A stretch of DNA of 64,000 nt from a virus. The position numbers and the translations under genes were made by a program. Shown one piece after another: positions 1-8,075 of this stretch. How positions within the stretch are numbered: position 1 is the stretch's first letter; every line of letters starts with the position of its first letter. Under the pieces are notes generated by a model. It was given only the letters and a program-made list of their open reading frames with translations. It did not search any database and was not told the DNA's origin. The stretch lies in the IMG/VR virus record IMGVR_UViG_3300048583_000157, positions 7,168 through 71,167 of that record; one strand, given 5' to 3'.

Positions 1-14
1 TTTTTGCGATAGCC

Positions 15-21
15 TATTTAT
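15..21 (-). promoter_or_regulatory. Late promoter box overlapping a stop codon; would drive a gene left of the window
   Basis: ATAAATA on the minus strand. Confidence 0.55.
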
Positions 22-785
22 TCGTTACTAAGCTGATTGAAACGTTTTGCGAATCTCTCAAAATCTGGTGAAGACGGATCAATCAGATAATACTTCTTGC
101 AAGACAGCATGACTTCTGTGGATTCCCGGCTGCCCTTACCATGTACGTAGTCGGCAAGTCCATCTGAAATATACGGCTCTTGTTGTTCCAACCATGCTGT
201 AACGCATTCAAACCATTTGTCAAAATCGTCCAATGCCTTACGAGTATTAGCCTTAGATGACAGCTCCTCAGCGCTAAGAATGTCTTCCAGAACCCCAGTG
301 TCTTTCAGGTCATCAATGATGTCATCATACAGCTCTGCGTGATTGTACTTTTTACTACCCTGGAACATTACATATGCGTCAGTGACGATGTCAGAATACA
401 CATACTTGAATTTGCCAACAGGGAACAGTAGCTGCGGTTGACCATAGTTGCTAGCTTGAGTTTTTGACGTGGCGCAGAATACACCTCTAGACCTAAAAGG
501 GAACCCAAAATGCTGAATAAAGTGTTCGTCGAGCAGCGCATGTAAATCGGGAAGAGAATCTTTAGGCTTTCTGACCCTATCGCCACTGAATTCGGACATG
601 AGACCGCTAAAGCCTTCGCCCATAGCACGATAAAGAACTCCGCTAGGTGTAGAGCTACCAATGCCCTGTGGAAGCCTTGGATTGAATTCCGTTATAAACG
701 TCTTACAGTCGGCAAATACTTTCTCCGCTGCTTCTTCAGGAGTTAGCGTCGGTGCTTCGGCGACAAATTGCTTGAAGGTAATCAT
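18..785 (-). CDS. Putative head-packaged ADP-ribosyltransferase-like protein (paralog 1)
   Basis: Start moved to MITFKQFVAE (ATGA overlap with the upstream stop). Motifs LYRAM...RKPKDS...RSRGVFCAT...ASNYG...TEVML are shared with three neighbours and fit an R-S-E ART-like layout. Confidence 0.55.
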   Translation of the reverse strand: MITFKQFVAEAPTLTPEEAAEKVFADCKTFITEFNPRLPQGIGSSTPSGVLYRAMGEGFSGLMSEFSGDRVRKPKDSLPDLHALLDEHFIQHFGFPFRSRGVFCATSKTQASNYGQPQLLFPVGKFKYVYSDIVTDAYVMFQGSKKYNHAELYDDIIDDLKDTGVLEDILSAEELSSKANTRKALDDFDKWFECVTAWLEQQEPYISDGLADYVHGKGSRESTEVMLSCKKYYLIDPSSPDFERFAKRFNQLSNE

Positions 786-1513
786 TTGTACCAACCATCC
801 ACTTTATTTTTGAGCGTATCCATTGACATGATATCTGGCGTAAGGTACTTTCCACCAGAGGCTTTTAGTTTTTCAATGTGGCGAGCGCCGATCGGGTTAG
901 AGATTGCCGAAGAGAAGAATGTCTGCGCCTTCTTGAAAGCCTTCATCATGACTTCATCGGTGTACTCGTCGCCAGAATTCTTTACGTCTACGAAGAACGA
1001 AACCTTACCTCTGAGGAATTCGACATTGGCTTCAGTTCTCTCATGAACCTTCTTGACGAAATCAAGATCGACCTGTCTCTTAGTTGTAGCGTTTCGCTTC
1101 TCTACTCGTGCTAGAGCATCTTCCAAAGATGTGTTGACGTACACGATACCAACATCGTATCCAAGAGACTCAAGGATGCCCATACGGTGCAAAAGATTGG
1201 ATGCATCGTTAGAAGTACCATCTACGAAGAGAGGCAGCATGCCATTGAGATAAGCGGACAGGCTGTTCTTCGTGATTCGAAGCGCCGTGTCTCGGTACTC
1301 TTTTGCCCAAGTAGTGGGATCGACCGCGCCACCCGACTTTGCAGCAAGATACTCGGTAGCCTTGTCAGTGTTTACTATTCTCGGGCCGACGCCGCCGCTA
1401 AGAGTACTGACAGTGTATGATTTACCTGAGCCGGGGATACCGATAACAAAGACGGCTTTGAAGATGCCTTTGTCATTGATGCCCTCATTTAGGAATTCTT
1501 TGAAAGTTTTCAT
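782..1513 (-). CDS. P-loop kinase, zeta-toxin/AAA_33-like, with capsid-targeting-like N-terminus
   Basis: Walker A GIPGSGKS, NTD, LFVDGT, lid ALARVEKR; N-terminus MKTFKEFLNE. Confidence 0.75.
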   Translation of the reverse strand: MKTFKEFLNEGINDKGIFKAVFVIGIPGSGKSYTVSTLSGGVGPRIVNTDKATEYLAAKSGGAVDPTTWAKEYRDTALRITKNSLSAYLNGMLPLFVDGTSNDASNLLHRMGILESLGYDVGIVYVNTSLEDALARVEKRNATTKRQVDLDFVKKVHERTEANVEFLRGKVSFFVDVKNSGDEYTDEVMMKAFKKAQTFFSSAISNPIGARHIEKLKASGGKYLTPDIMSMDTLKNKVDGWYK

Positions 1514-2346
1514 TCTTTCTTGCCTTTCATTAGCAGGTTTAGATGATGCGCGAATTCACCAGGGAATTCATGAGTGTTGGATACAGCTCCAGAGGAAGAG
1601 AACACGGTGTAGTACTCATCGCACTGAAGCATAACCTCTGCCCTGCCGCCCGACCACTCATCTAGCTGCAACAGCTGCTTTAGACCAGTATCTCTGTAAG
1701 GATCGTGCGCCTCTAGCCAGAGGTCAACCAAATCGAACCATGCGTTCTTGTCTTGATCGTACGTCTTGGTGTTTAGAAAATCTTTGTAGTGCTCTTGCGT
1801 CGGTTCGCCATCATCTTCGCGCCATCCCGACATAAATTCTTCATGGAGAACATCGTGCATATCTTCGAAAATTACAGATTCCATATGTGGCGCAGATGCG
1901 CCACCCCGCTCAAAAGCAGTAAATGCATCTGGAATACTTGGCGACCAGATGTATTTGAACTGCCCAACAGGAAACACTAGATTGATAGCGCCATAGCTTC
2001 TAGCAACTGACTTTGCGCCGGTGCAGAACACACCCTTAGAACGATATGGATAACCGAATGTGCGAATAAAGTAATCGTCTAGCAGCTCATGCAGGTCTCT
2101 AGAAGAATCTTTGGGGCCTCTAATACGAGTAGCATCCCACTTGATAATTCCGGAAGCAAGGTCAGCAGCAGTTGGACGCATGCCGCGCAAGAGCGCGTTC
2201 TTTGCGTGTGCCGTGCTGGAGGTGCTGATGTCGAAACCACTCTGCTTCAGATATGGCTGACAATTTTTGAACACTAGTTTAGCAGCTTCCTCGGGGTCAT
2301 GAGAAGCTACAACTGTCTCGTTTAGGAAACTCTTGAACGTGATCAT
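1510..2346 (-). CDS. Putative head-packaged ART-like protein (paralog 2)
   Basis: MITFKSFLNE; LLRGM...RGPKDS...RSKGVFCTG...ARSYG...AEVML. Confidence 0.55.
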   Translation of the reverse strand: MITFKSFLNETVVASHDPEEAAKLVFKNCQPYLKQSGFDISTSSTAHAKNALLRGMRPTAADLASGIIKWDATRIRGPKDSSRDLHELLDDYFIRTFGYPYRSKGVFCTGAKSVARSYGAINLVFPVGQFKYIWSPSIPDAFTAFERGGASAPHMESVIFEDMHDVLHEEFMSGWREDDGEPTQEHYKDFLNTKTYDQDKNAWFDLVDLWLEAHDPYRDTGLKQLLQLDEWSGGRAEVMLQCDEYYTVFSSSGAVSNTHEFPGEFAHHLNLLMKGKKE

Positions 2347-2874
2347 TTATCTTCCATTAGATTATTGAGGTACCCAGCAAAACGATTTGAAAAGTCAGAG
2401 CTGACTATTGGCACGAGGTAATACTTTTCGCATTGAAGCATGATCTCGTTCTGACCGATACCATTACCATGCAGCATGCTGTGCAAATCGTGATCCTGGT
2501 ATGGGTGTTCTTTATCTAGCCAATCGTTTAGAAGATCCCACCATTCTTCCGTGGCGTTCGAAGAGTTGCGTCCGAATTTGTCGCTAAGGAAATTTTCGTA
2601 ATGCATTTCCACTTCGCGTTCAGAAACATCGCCACCCTCAAACTCGTCCATGAATTCTTTGTGAAGCTTTTTCTCGAAGCTAGCCATGATAGTTCTCTTC
2701 AATCCCCAGCCGCCTTTGGGATCTAAGTCAACATACGCATCTTCAATCTTCTTAGAGAAGACATACTTGAAATTACCAACAGGGAAGATGAGGCAAGTCT
2801 GCCCATAGCTTTCAGCAATCGATTCCTTAGCAGAGCAGAACACGCCCTTAGAACGATATGGATAACCGAATGTG
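2023..2874. repeat. 40-nt direct repeat (2023-2062 and 2835-2874, one mismatch) between ART-like paralogs
   Basis: gcagaacac(a/g)cccttagaacgatatggataaccgaatgtg occurs twice. Confidence 0.85.
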
Positions 2875-3149
2875 TACTTGAAATACTCGTCAAGCAAATC
2901 ATGAAGCTTTTTAGAAGAATCCTTCGGCTCGCGCATGCGAGTACCGGACACTTCAGACATGCGATGCTGTTTCACATCGTGCATGCCGCGGTACAGGGCC
3001 CCTAGTGCGTAGTTGATGTCCGGCTTAGTGAAGAAGAATCCACTTTCCTTTAGGAAAGGCTGACAATTTTCAAACACAAGCTTAGCGGCAACTTCTGGCG
3101 CTGAAGTTGCCGACTGAATTTCTAGTAGGTATTGCTTGAACGTAATCAT
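2343..3149 (-). CDS. Putative head-packaged ART-like protein (paralog 3)
   Basis: MITFKQYLLE; LYRGM...REPKDS...RSKGVFCSA...AESYG...QNEIML. Confidence 0.55.
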   Translation of the reverse strand: MITFKQYLLEIQSATSAPEVAAKLVFENCQPFLKESGFFFTKPDINYALGALYRGMHDVKQHRMSEVSGTRMREPKDSSKKLHDLLDEYFKYTFGYPYRSKGVFCSAKESIAESYGQTCLIFPVGNFKYVFSKKIEDAYVDLDPKGGWGLKRTIMASFEKKLHKEFMDEFEGGDVSEREVEMHYENFLSDKFGRNSSNATEEWWDLLNDWLDKEHPYQDHDLHSMLHGNGIGQNEIMLQCEKYYLVPIVSSDFSNRFAGYLNNLMEDK

Positions 3150-3155
3150 ATACCG

Positions 3156-4232
3156 TTATTTGTGGCGTGAGACGAAGTCATCAACGTCAAGATGATCACC
3201 AGTCTTTTTGTAGCCCTTTGCGTTTAGAATCTTCTTCATTTGTAAAAGGTTCTTAGTGTCCATAGAAATAGCAATGCACTCTCCAGAGAACCAGCATTCT
3301 TTGTCTCTAGCCTTCAGTGCTGCTCCACCAGCACTGACTACTTTTCCGCCAGGAGCAACAGCAGTAAAGATCAATGCTGCCATTCCAGTGAATCTCTTTT
3401 TGCTATTGAGCCCGGCGAATATGTTGAAGAACTTAGCAAATTCCTTTTTATATGCATAGTCTCCAGACTTTACAAGCTCAAAGATTTCGCGTCGCATCAT
3501 ATCGGCTTGGCCTCCGTGATTCGCGACGTAATCGTAACGATATGAGTCGCCCGCGTTCTGGGAAAGCTTTTGGCCCTTCGGCGTTTTGCCGATTATTACA
3601 TGGCGGCGGATGTTGTAGTCCAACTTGGGAACATGTATGGCCGCCAAAAATGCAAACTTGTTGGCTTCAATTGCCGCAAGTCTAGCGTCGAGTGCGTCTA
3701 GGTCGTCAAATTTACTATCCTTAAAACCGAACGCGTTCATTACCTCTGTCAGATAGTCCGTAACACCAGTAACCGAATCGTCACTATCAAACAGCGTTGA
3801 TTTAATTTTCTGGGCGAAGAAGTCGGCTGAATCTGATATCGCTACTTGCGTGCCATCATACGGGAAAATTGCATATGCCGCCCCATGTGAAAAGCTATCT
3901 GCCGTACCATGATCAGTTGAGCAGATAAGAGAATTTGACCGCGAAGGAATATGCATAGAATGCACCGACGCATCGTGTGCAAGCTGATAAAGATTATTGG
4001 AGTCCTTGGAGGTTCTAAAGCTGTCTGAGCTATCGATGTATGATGCATCGCCCAACGCAGTTCCACTGAAGCCCCTGAAGATGCCATCACCCTTTAGGAA
4101 TGCAGCAAGTGAATCAGCACAGTTCTTCTCTATCATACTAACTGCAGCATCAAGCTTTAATGGCTTCTGTATCCACTTCTGCTGAACGTTTTTCTTGCCG
4201 GCTTCTTCTAGGTACTGCTTGAACGTGATCAC
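3156..4232 (-). CDS. Putative head-packaged ART-like protein (divergent paralog 4)
   Basis: GTG start, MITFKQYLEE; IFRGF...RTSKDS...RSNSLICST...ADSF...AIFP...KECWF. Confidence 0.5.
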   Translation of the reverse strand: MITFKQYLEEAGKKNVQQKWIQKPLKLDAAVSMIEKNCADSLAAFLKGDGIFRGFSGTALGDASYIDSSDSFRTSKDSNNLYQLAHDASVHSMHIPSRSNSLICSTDHGTADSFSHGAAYAIFPYDGTQVAISDSADFFAQKIKSTLFDSDDSVTGVTDYLTEVMNAFGFKDSKFDDLDALDARLAAIEANKFAFLAAIHVPKLDYNIRRHVIIGKTPKGQKLSQNAGDSYRYDYVANHGGQADMMRREIFELVKSGDYAYKKEFAKFFNIFAGLNSKKRFTGMAALIFTAVAPGGKVVSAGGAALKARDKECWFSGECIAISMDTKNLLQMKKILNAKGYKKTGDHLDVDDFVSRHK

Positions 4233-4260
4233 GATGTGGACCTGCTGGTGGTTAACGGAG

Positions 4261-4267
4261 TATTTAT
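4261..4267 (-). promoter_or_regulatory. Late promoter for the ART-like/kinase cluster
   Basis: ATAAATA about 30 nt upstream of GTG 4232. Confidence 0.75.
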
Positions 4268-4671
4268 GCGCTGTGATCTTTCTTGGACCAGAACGCCTGA
4301 CCTAGCGGTGTTAGCATATCAGATTTGCGAATGCTGTTGCCAAGCTCACGAGCAAACTTGTAGAGTTCAGTAGCGAGACCCATACGACGGTACTTCTTCT
4401 CAACTTTCAGGTCGATAGCTTCAAGGAAGCCGTCCTTCTCTACAAAGTTGACTCGACCTACCATAGCGCCGTGAGTGTTCAACGCTTCGACTCTGAACTG
4501 CTTGCTCTTGAAAGAGGGCTTCGCATTAAGCTCAAGATGACCAGCCTTCGCTACGAGAGTGAAGGTGCCCATTGATGTCTCAATCTCTTTCTTCTTCTCA
4601 TAGCCTTTCCAGAAGACGTCATCATTGACCTTCTCTGAAAATAGCTGGTTGAATTCTTTGAACGTGAACAC
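4264..4671 (-). CDS. GNAT-family acetyltransferase
   Basis: Acetyl-CoA motif A VEKKYRRMGLATELY and motif B TPLGQAFW; N-terminus MFTFKEF...FSE. Confidence 0.8.
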   Translation of the reverse strand: MFTFKEFNQLFSEKVNDDVFWKGYEKKKEIETSMGTFTLVAKAGHLELNAKPSFKSKQFRVEALNTHGAMVGRVNFVEKDGFLEAIDLKVEKKYRRMGLATELYKFARELGNSIRKSDMLTPLGQAFWSKKDHSA

Positions 4672-4672
4672 G

Positions 4673-4906
4673 TTACTTCATCAGCTTTGGTGGGAATGAA
4701 GCGCTAGTAACAAGCTGCTTCCAGACTTTAAGAGGCATCGATGCTCTGATCGACTGCTCACCATCTAGAAGATGAACGTTCTTGTCTTCATCACACTCGA
4801 CTCTGAACTCGTCTGCTTGGGCAAGCAGAAGCGGCCAGGTGCCTTCCTCTTCCTCAACAACGGAAGTAGAAACAGACATCGAGAGTAGGTCTTGAATAAG
4901 CTTCAT
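4673..4906 (-). CDS. Hypothetical protein
   Basis: Start moved to MKLIQDLL, which has an AAGGA SD and abuts the neighbouring genes. Confidence 0.6.
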   Translation of the reverse strand: MKLIQDLLSMSVSTSVVEEEEGTWPLLLAQADEFRVECDEDKNVHLLDGEQSIRASMPLKVWKQLVTSASFPPKLMK

Positions 4907-4917
4907 TGGGTAGTTCC

Positions 4918-5259
4918 TTATTTGTGTTGGGCGCCGAGGCAGTGCCAAACTTCATGGCCGACATGGTAGAGAGTATCGCGATCATCAAAGTCTCTTGGAC
5001 GAACGGCGTACACTTCGCAGACTGTAATATCTTCAGGTCTGGAACGTGCGCATCCGCGATATACGGAGTTTTGATCTAGACCTAGAGACTTGCACTTCTC
5101 GTCAACCTTGGTCTCAGAAACCCAGGTGACAGCGATAGTCGTAGTAGTGATCCGATCCTTTGAAGTGGTATCGTACATCTTGCCGCTAGGCTCACACGAT
5201 ACGAGCAGGAAAATCGCAAGAACGATGAATACGCCGATGAGTGTCTTCTTGAATTCCAT
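4918..5259 (-). CDS. Lipoprotein with HExxH motif
   Basis: Signal peptide MEFKK, hydrophobic stretch, lipobox-like LLVSC; C-terminal GHEVWH. Confidence 0.65.
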   Translation of the reverse strand: MEFKKTLIGVFIVLAIFLLVSCEPSGKMYDTTSKDRITTTTIAVTWVSETKVDEKCKSLGLDQNSVYRGCARSRPEDITVCEVYAVRPRDFDDRDTLYHVGHEVWHCLGAQHK

Positions 5260-5261
5260 TG

Positions 5262-5726
5262 TTAGATTTCCTTCTTCCCGCCATCCATGTTGATCATTTT
5301 AAGAATCTCTTCGCGATTAGCGATGAGGACGTTTGTAGTACTCTTACCACCATTGGCATATGGAACGAATGCCTGATTGGCGCGCTTACGATCTGTCTTG
5401 ACCTTTGAGCGGCTGTTAGCTGCATTCAAAGCGATCGCGAGATAGTTGGCTGCCACTTCTGCATTTCGAGCTGCATAACGAGGCTCGATGATTTCAGTGT
5501 ATGCGTTCTGGTTGTTGAAGGCTGAGATTGCCGCATCGTAGACTTCATCGATACGAGCTTCGATCTTAATGTCGTCCTCGTCCTTGATGTCTGGCTGAGG
5601 TTCAGTCTGAACTACCTGTCCTCTCTCAACCTCGGCCATCCCGTATTCCTTCTCGATATCGAAGTCAGAATCGGAATTCATGTCAAGGTTGAAGACCTTG
5701 TCGAGTGGGTTGCTATGCTTATTCAT
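5262..5726 (-). CDS. Possible terminase small subunit (gp16-like)
   Basis: 154 aa helical protein; EPRYAARNAEVAANYL loosely resembles the gp16 oligomerisation helices; lies after head-completion genes. Weak call. Confidence 0.4.
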   Translation of the reverse strand: MNKHSNPLDKVFNLDMNSDSDFDIEKEYGMAEVERGQVVQTEPQPDIKDEDDIKIEARIDEVYDAAISAFNNQNAYTEIIEPRYAARNAEVAANYLAIALNAANSRSKVKTDRKRANQAFVPYANGGKSTTNVLIANREEILKMINMDGGKKEI

Positions 5727-6184
5727 CTGCGGGTACCTGTGGTTTTCTTAGCACGTCTTGGTGCTGAGGTTGACTTGCGGCCGAAGAGTTGCTGTTCGGT
5801 TATGACTCTGAATTTTGCGCCAATAGCTTTTGCGAATCTGTCTGCTGCCTGCCATTTGGCGATGTTCTTGGCAAACATCAACTTGTCGTACGTGGACTTT
5901 GCTGCCTCTAGAGAAGATTCCTTCATAGGCTTGATCTCCAGAATCTCAATCGAGCCATCAACATACTGAACAAGAAAGTCTGGCCAGTACTGGTGGGGCT
6001 TCTTATCTAGCGGGCTGAAGTACTTGATGTTGAGCGTCTTAGGTTCACTAATCCACTTTACCACCATGTTAGAGTTGTCGAGCGCGTTCATGTAGAGCAG
6101 TTCCCACTTTGAACGAGCGGTGATCTTCAACACATTGCCCATGTACTTTTGAGGGTTACGTGGGACGAATCTCATCTCAGCCAT
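5723..6184 (-). CDS. Head completion nuclease gp4-like / TnsA N-terminal, copy 2
   Basis: PRNPQKY.G...RSKWE...WISE...YWPDF...EIKP...KWQAA. Confidence 0.85.
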   Translation of the reverse strand: MAEMRFVPRNPQKYMGNVLKITARSKWELLYMNALDNSNMVVKWISEPKTLNIKYFSPLDKKPHQYWPDFLVQYVDGSIEILEIKPMKESSLEAAKSTYDKLMFAKNIAKWQAADRFAKAIGAKFRVITEQQLFGRKSTSAPRRAKKTTGTRR

Positions 6185-6653
6185 TTACAACTTCCTTTAC
6201 CTTCTTCTTACGGGGCTTCTTTTCTTTTGGCTGCCCCTGATGGAAGATGGATTTTTCTGTGATGACTCTGAATTTCATGCCGCGCAGTTCACACCAAATA
6301 GCAGCAGCTTTCCATTTTGCATTGTTTACGAGCAGTGCATCCTTACTACGCTGGTGCTTTGCAAACTCAGCTTCTGATTCGTGGAGCGGTTTAACCTCAA
6401 CGATTTCCTTGATGATGTTGCCTTCAGCATCTCTGTATTCGATGAAGAAGTCTGGGTAGTACTGATGGACTCTATTGTCGAGTGGGCTGAGATATGGAAT
6501 GTGAATCTCTTCTGAGCCCCAGCGAATGACAGCATCTCTGCTGTCCATCCACTTCATGACACTTACTTCCCAACGGGAACGTGCCCAAATTGAATCGACA
6601 TCACCTTCGTACTTGTGTGGGTTCCTAGGAACGAACCTTGCTCTAAAGCCCAC
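6177..6653 (-). CDS. gp4: Head completion nuclease gp4-like / TnsA N-terminal, copy 1
   Basis: PRNPHKY.GD...RSRWE...WGSEE..IPY...YYPDF...EVKP...KWKAA. Confidence 0.88.
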   Translation of the reverse strand: MGFRARFVPRNPHKYEGDVDSIWARSRWEVSVMKWMDSRDAVIRWGSEEIHIPYLSPLDNRVHQYYPDFFIEYRDAEGNIIKEIVEVKPLHESEAEFAKHQRSKDALLVNNAKWKAAAIWCELRGMKFRVITEKSIFHQGQPKEKKPRKKKVKEVVNG

Positions 6654-6655
6654 GA

Positions 6656-7987
6656 TTACCCACCGCCTCCGATAAAGCTTGAAACCGTTCTACCTAGGAA
6701 ATTTCCGCCGATTGCATTGTCTGCGATTGGCGGACGATTAGGAGCAACGATGCCAACTGAAACACCACGACCAGCAAGAGCGAGTGTACGCGATGCATTT
6801 GTACCAAGCGTCCCGCCGATTGTAGAGATGGCATTTGCTAGAGCACCGCCGGCAATGCCACCCATACCATTTCGGTAGAGAGCATTCGTGACAGCGGTCT
6901 GAACCAGTCTGCCACCTTGATTTGCAATGATGCCGAGGAATGGAGACATTGCTCCGCCACCGCCGCCACCAAGGCTTACTGGTCCGCGTTGGTTAGGACC
7001 AATGACAAGCGAGCCGTCTCTATCGCCGAGGATGTCATTCATTTCCATGAAGCCATCGCCATCCTGTTCCATCTCATCTACATAGAGACCAGTCTTGATG
7101 TGAAGCGCGTCATAGTCGAAGGTGCAGGAAATCTGCTGCGGCTCAGACGTGGCGTCGTAGTCATGATCTGGCAGTTCGAAACTGTCAAGACGCGGATTGG
7201 TGAACGTGAATACGTTAGCCCTGATCGCACGACGAATAGCAGTCTTAGCAAGCGTTCCGTCTGAGCGATCAAGATAGTACTGCTCGATCTTCATTGAGCG
7301 TAGAACGTTCTTCTGTGAACCGAGCTCGCCAAGTACACCACGCTGAGAGGTGTCGAACTGAGATAGGTCGCGACTGAATGCGAAGCCGTTATTCTCTAGG
7401 TCCGAGCCTGCCGTATATTCTTGACGGTGAATTGGCGCAAGAAGCTGTAGGTACGTGTTGATGAATGAGAGAGCGTTGTTCGCTACGTCATCATACATCT
7501 TGAAGCTCAGCGGTTCGTGCTGAACTCTACGAAGCATTTTGGTTCTGAAGTTGTAGTAGTTGAATTCGGTGTAGTCGAATTTGAACTTCGGCATCTCGAT
7601 AGACTTGACAAGGAAGCTCAAGTTTCGATTGAGAACATTCAGAACGTTTGGTCCCAGCTGGTTGGCGATCTTAGCAACTTCGGTATCGAATTCGAAGGAG
7701 ACCTTGAAGAGGAAGCCGTTCTTAGGGTCAAAGCCACCAACACCAGAAGCCAGAGCCTGTGCGTAGTTTACGGTGCTCCAGATTCCGTTGTAGTCGGTTG
7801 TGACCTGATCGAAGTCAACGATTCGATTGTCACCACCATTGGCGTTGTTGATTCCGCCGATAGAACCCGAGTTAAAGACGCCGCTCAGAATACCCTGAGC
7901 TTGGTTGTTTACAGCCGCACCGAACGTCTGATAAGCCTGCGCTTCTAGCGCAACGCCGGTGTTTCTGAGAATGCCTGAGATGTCCAT
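6656..7987 (-). CDS. Tail tube-fold protein (gp19/gp54-like tube initiator)
   Basis: PK.GFLFKVSF, VKSIEMPK, YNFR, EPLSFKMYDD, ISCTFDYD tube-fold motifs; Gly-rich C-terminus; own late promoter. Confidence 0.6.
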   Translation of the reverse strand: MDISGILRNTGVALEAQAYQTFGAAVNNQAQGILSGVFNSGSIGGINNANGGDNRIVDFDQVTTDYNGIWSTVNYAQALASGVGGFDPKNGFLFKVSFEFDTEVAKIANQLGPNVLNVLNRNLSFLVKSIEMPKFKFDYTEFNYYNFRTKMLRRVQHEPLSFKMYDDVANNALSFINTYLQLLAPIHRQEYTAGSDLENNGFAFSRDLSQFDTSQRGVLGELGSQKNVLRSMKIEQYYLDRSDGTLAKTAIRRAIRANVFTFTNPRLDSFELPDHDYDATSEPQQISCTFDYDALHIKTGLYVDEMEQDGDGFMEMNDILGDRDGSLVIGPNQRGPVSLGGGGGGAMSPFLGIIANQGGRLVQTAVTNALYRNGMGGIAGGALANAISTIGGTLGTNASRTLALAGRGVSVGIVAPNRPPIADNAIGGNFLGRTVSSFIGGGG

Positions 7988-8023
7988 CGCAATGATGTCC
8001 TGATAATGCCAATACTGACAATC

Positions 8024-8030
8024 TATTTAT
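8024..8030 (-). promoter_or_regulatory. Late promoter
   Basis: ATAAATA just after a terminator, upstream of 7987. Confidence 0.8.
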
Positions 8031-8045
8031 TGCCTGATCCCGCGC

Positions 8046-8070
8046 AAAGAAAAGGAGCCGAAGCTCCTTT
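8046..8070 (-). terminator. Rho-independent terminator with UUCG tetraloop
   Basis: Minus strand AAAGGAGC-TTCG-GCTCCTTTTCTTT. Confidence 0.85.
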
Positions 8071-8075
8071 CCCTA

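Noticed and set aside
5723-6653. TnsA-like nucleases as evidence of a Tn7-like transposon or homing element
   Set aside because: No TnsB/TnsC or terminal repeats; sequence and context match T4 gp4 head-completion proteins.
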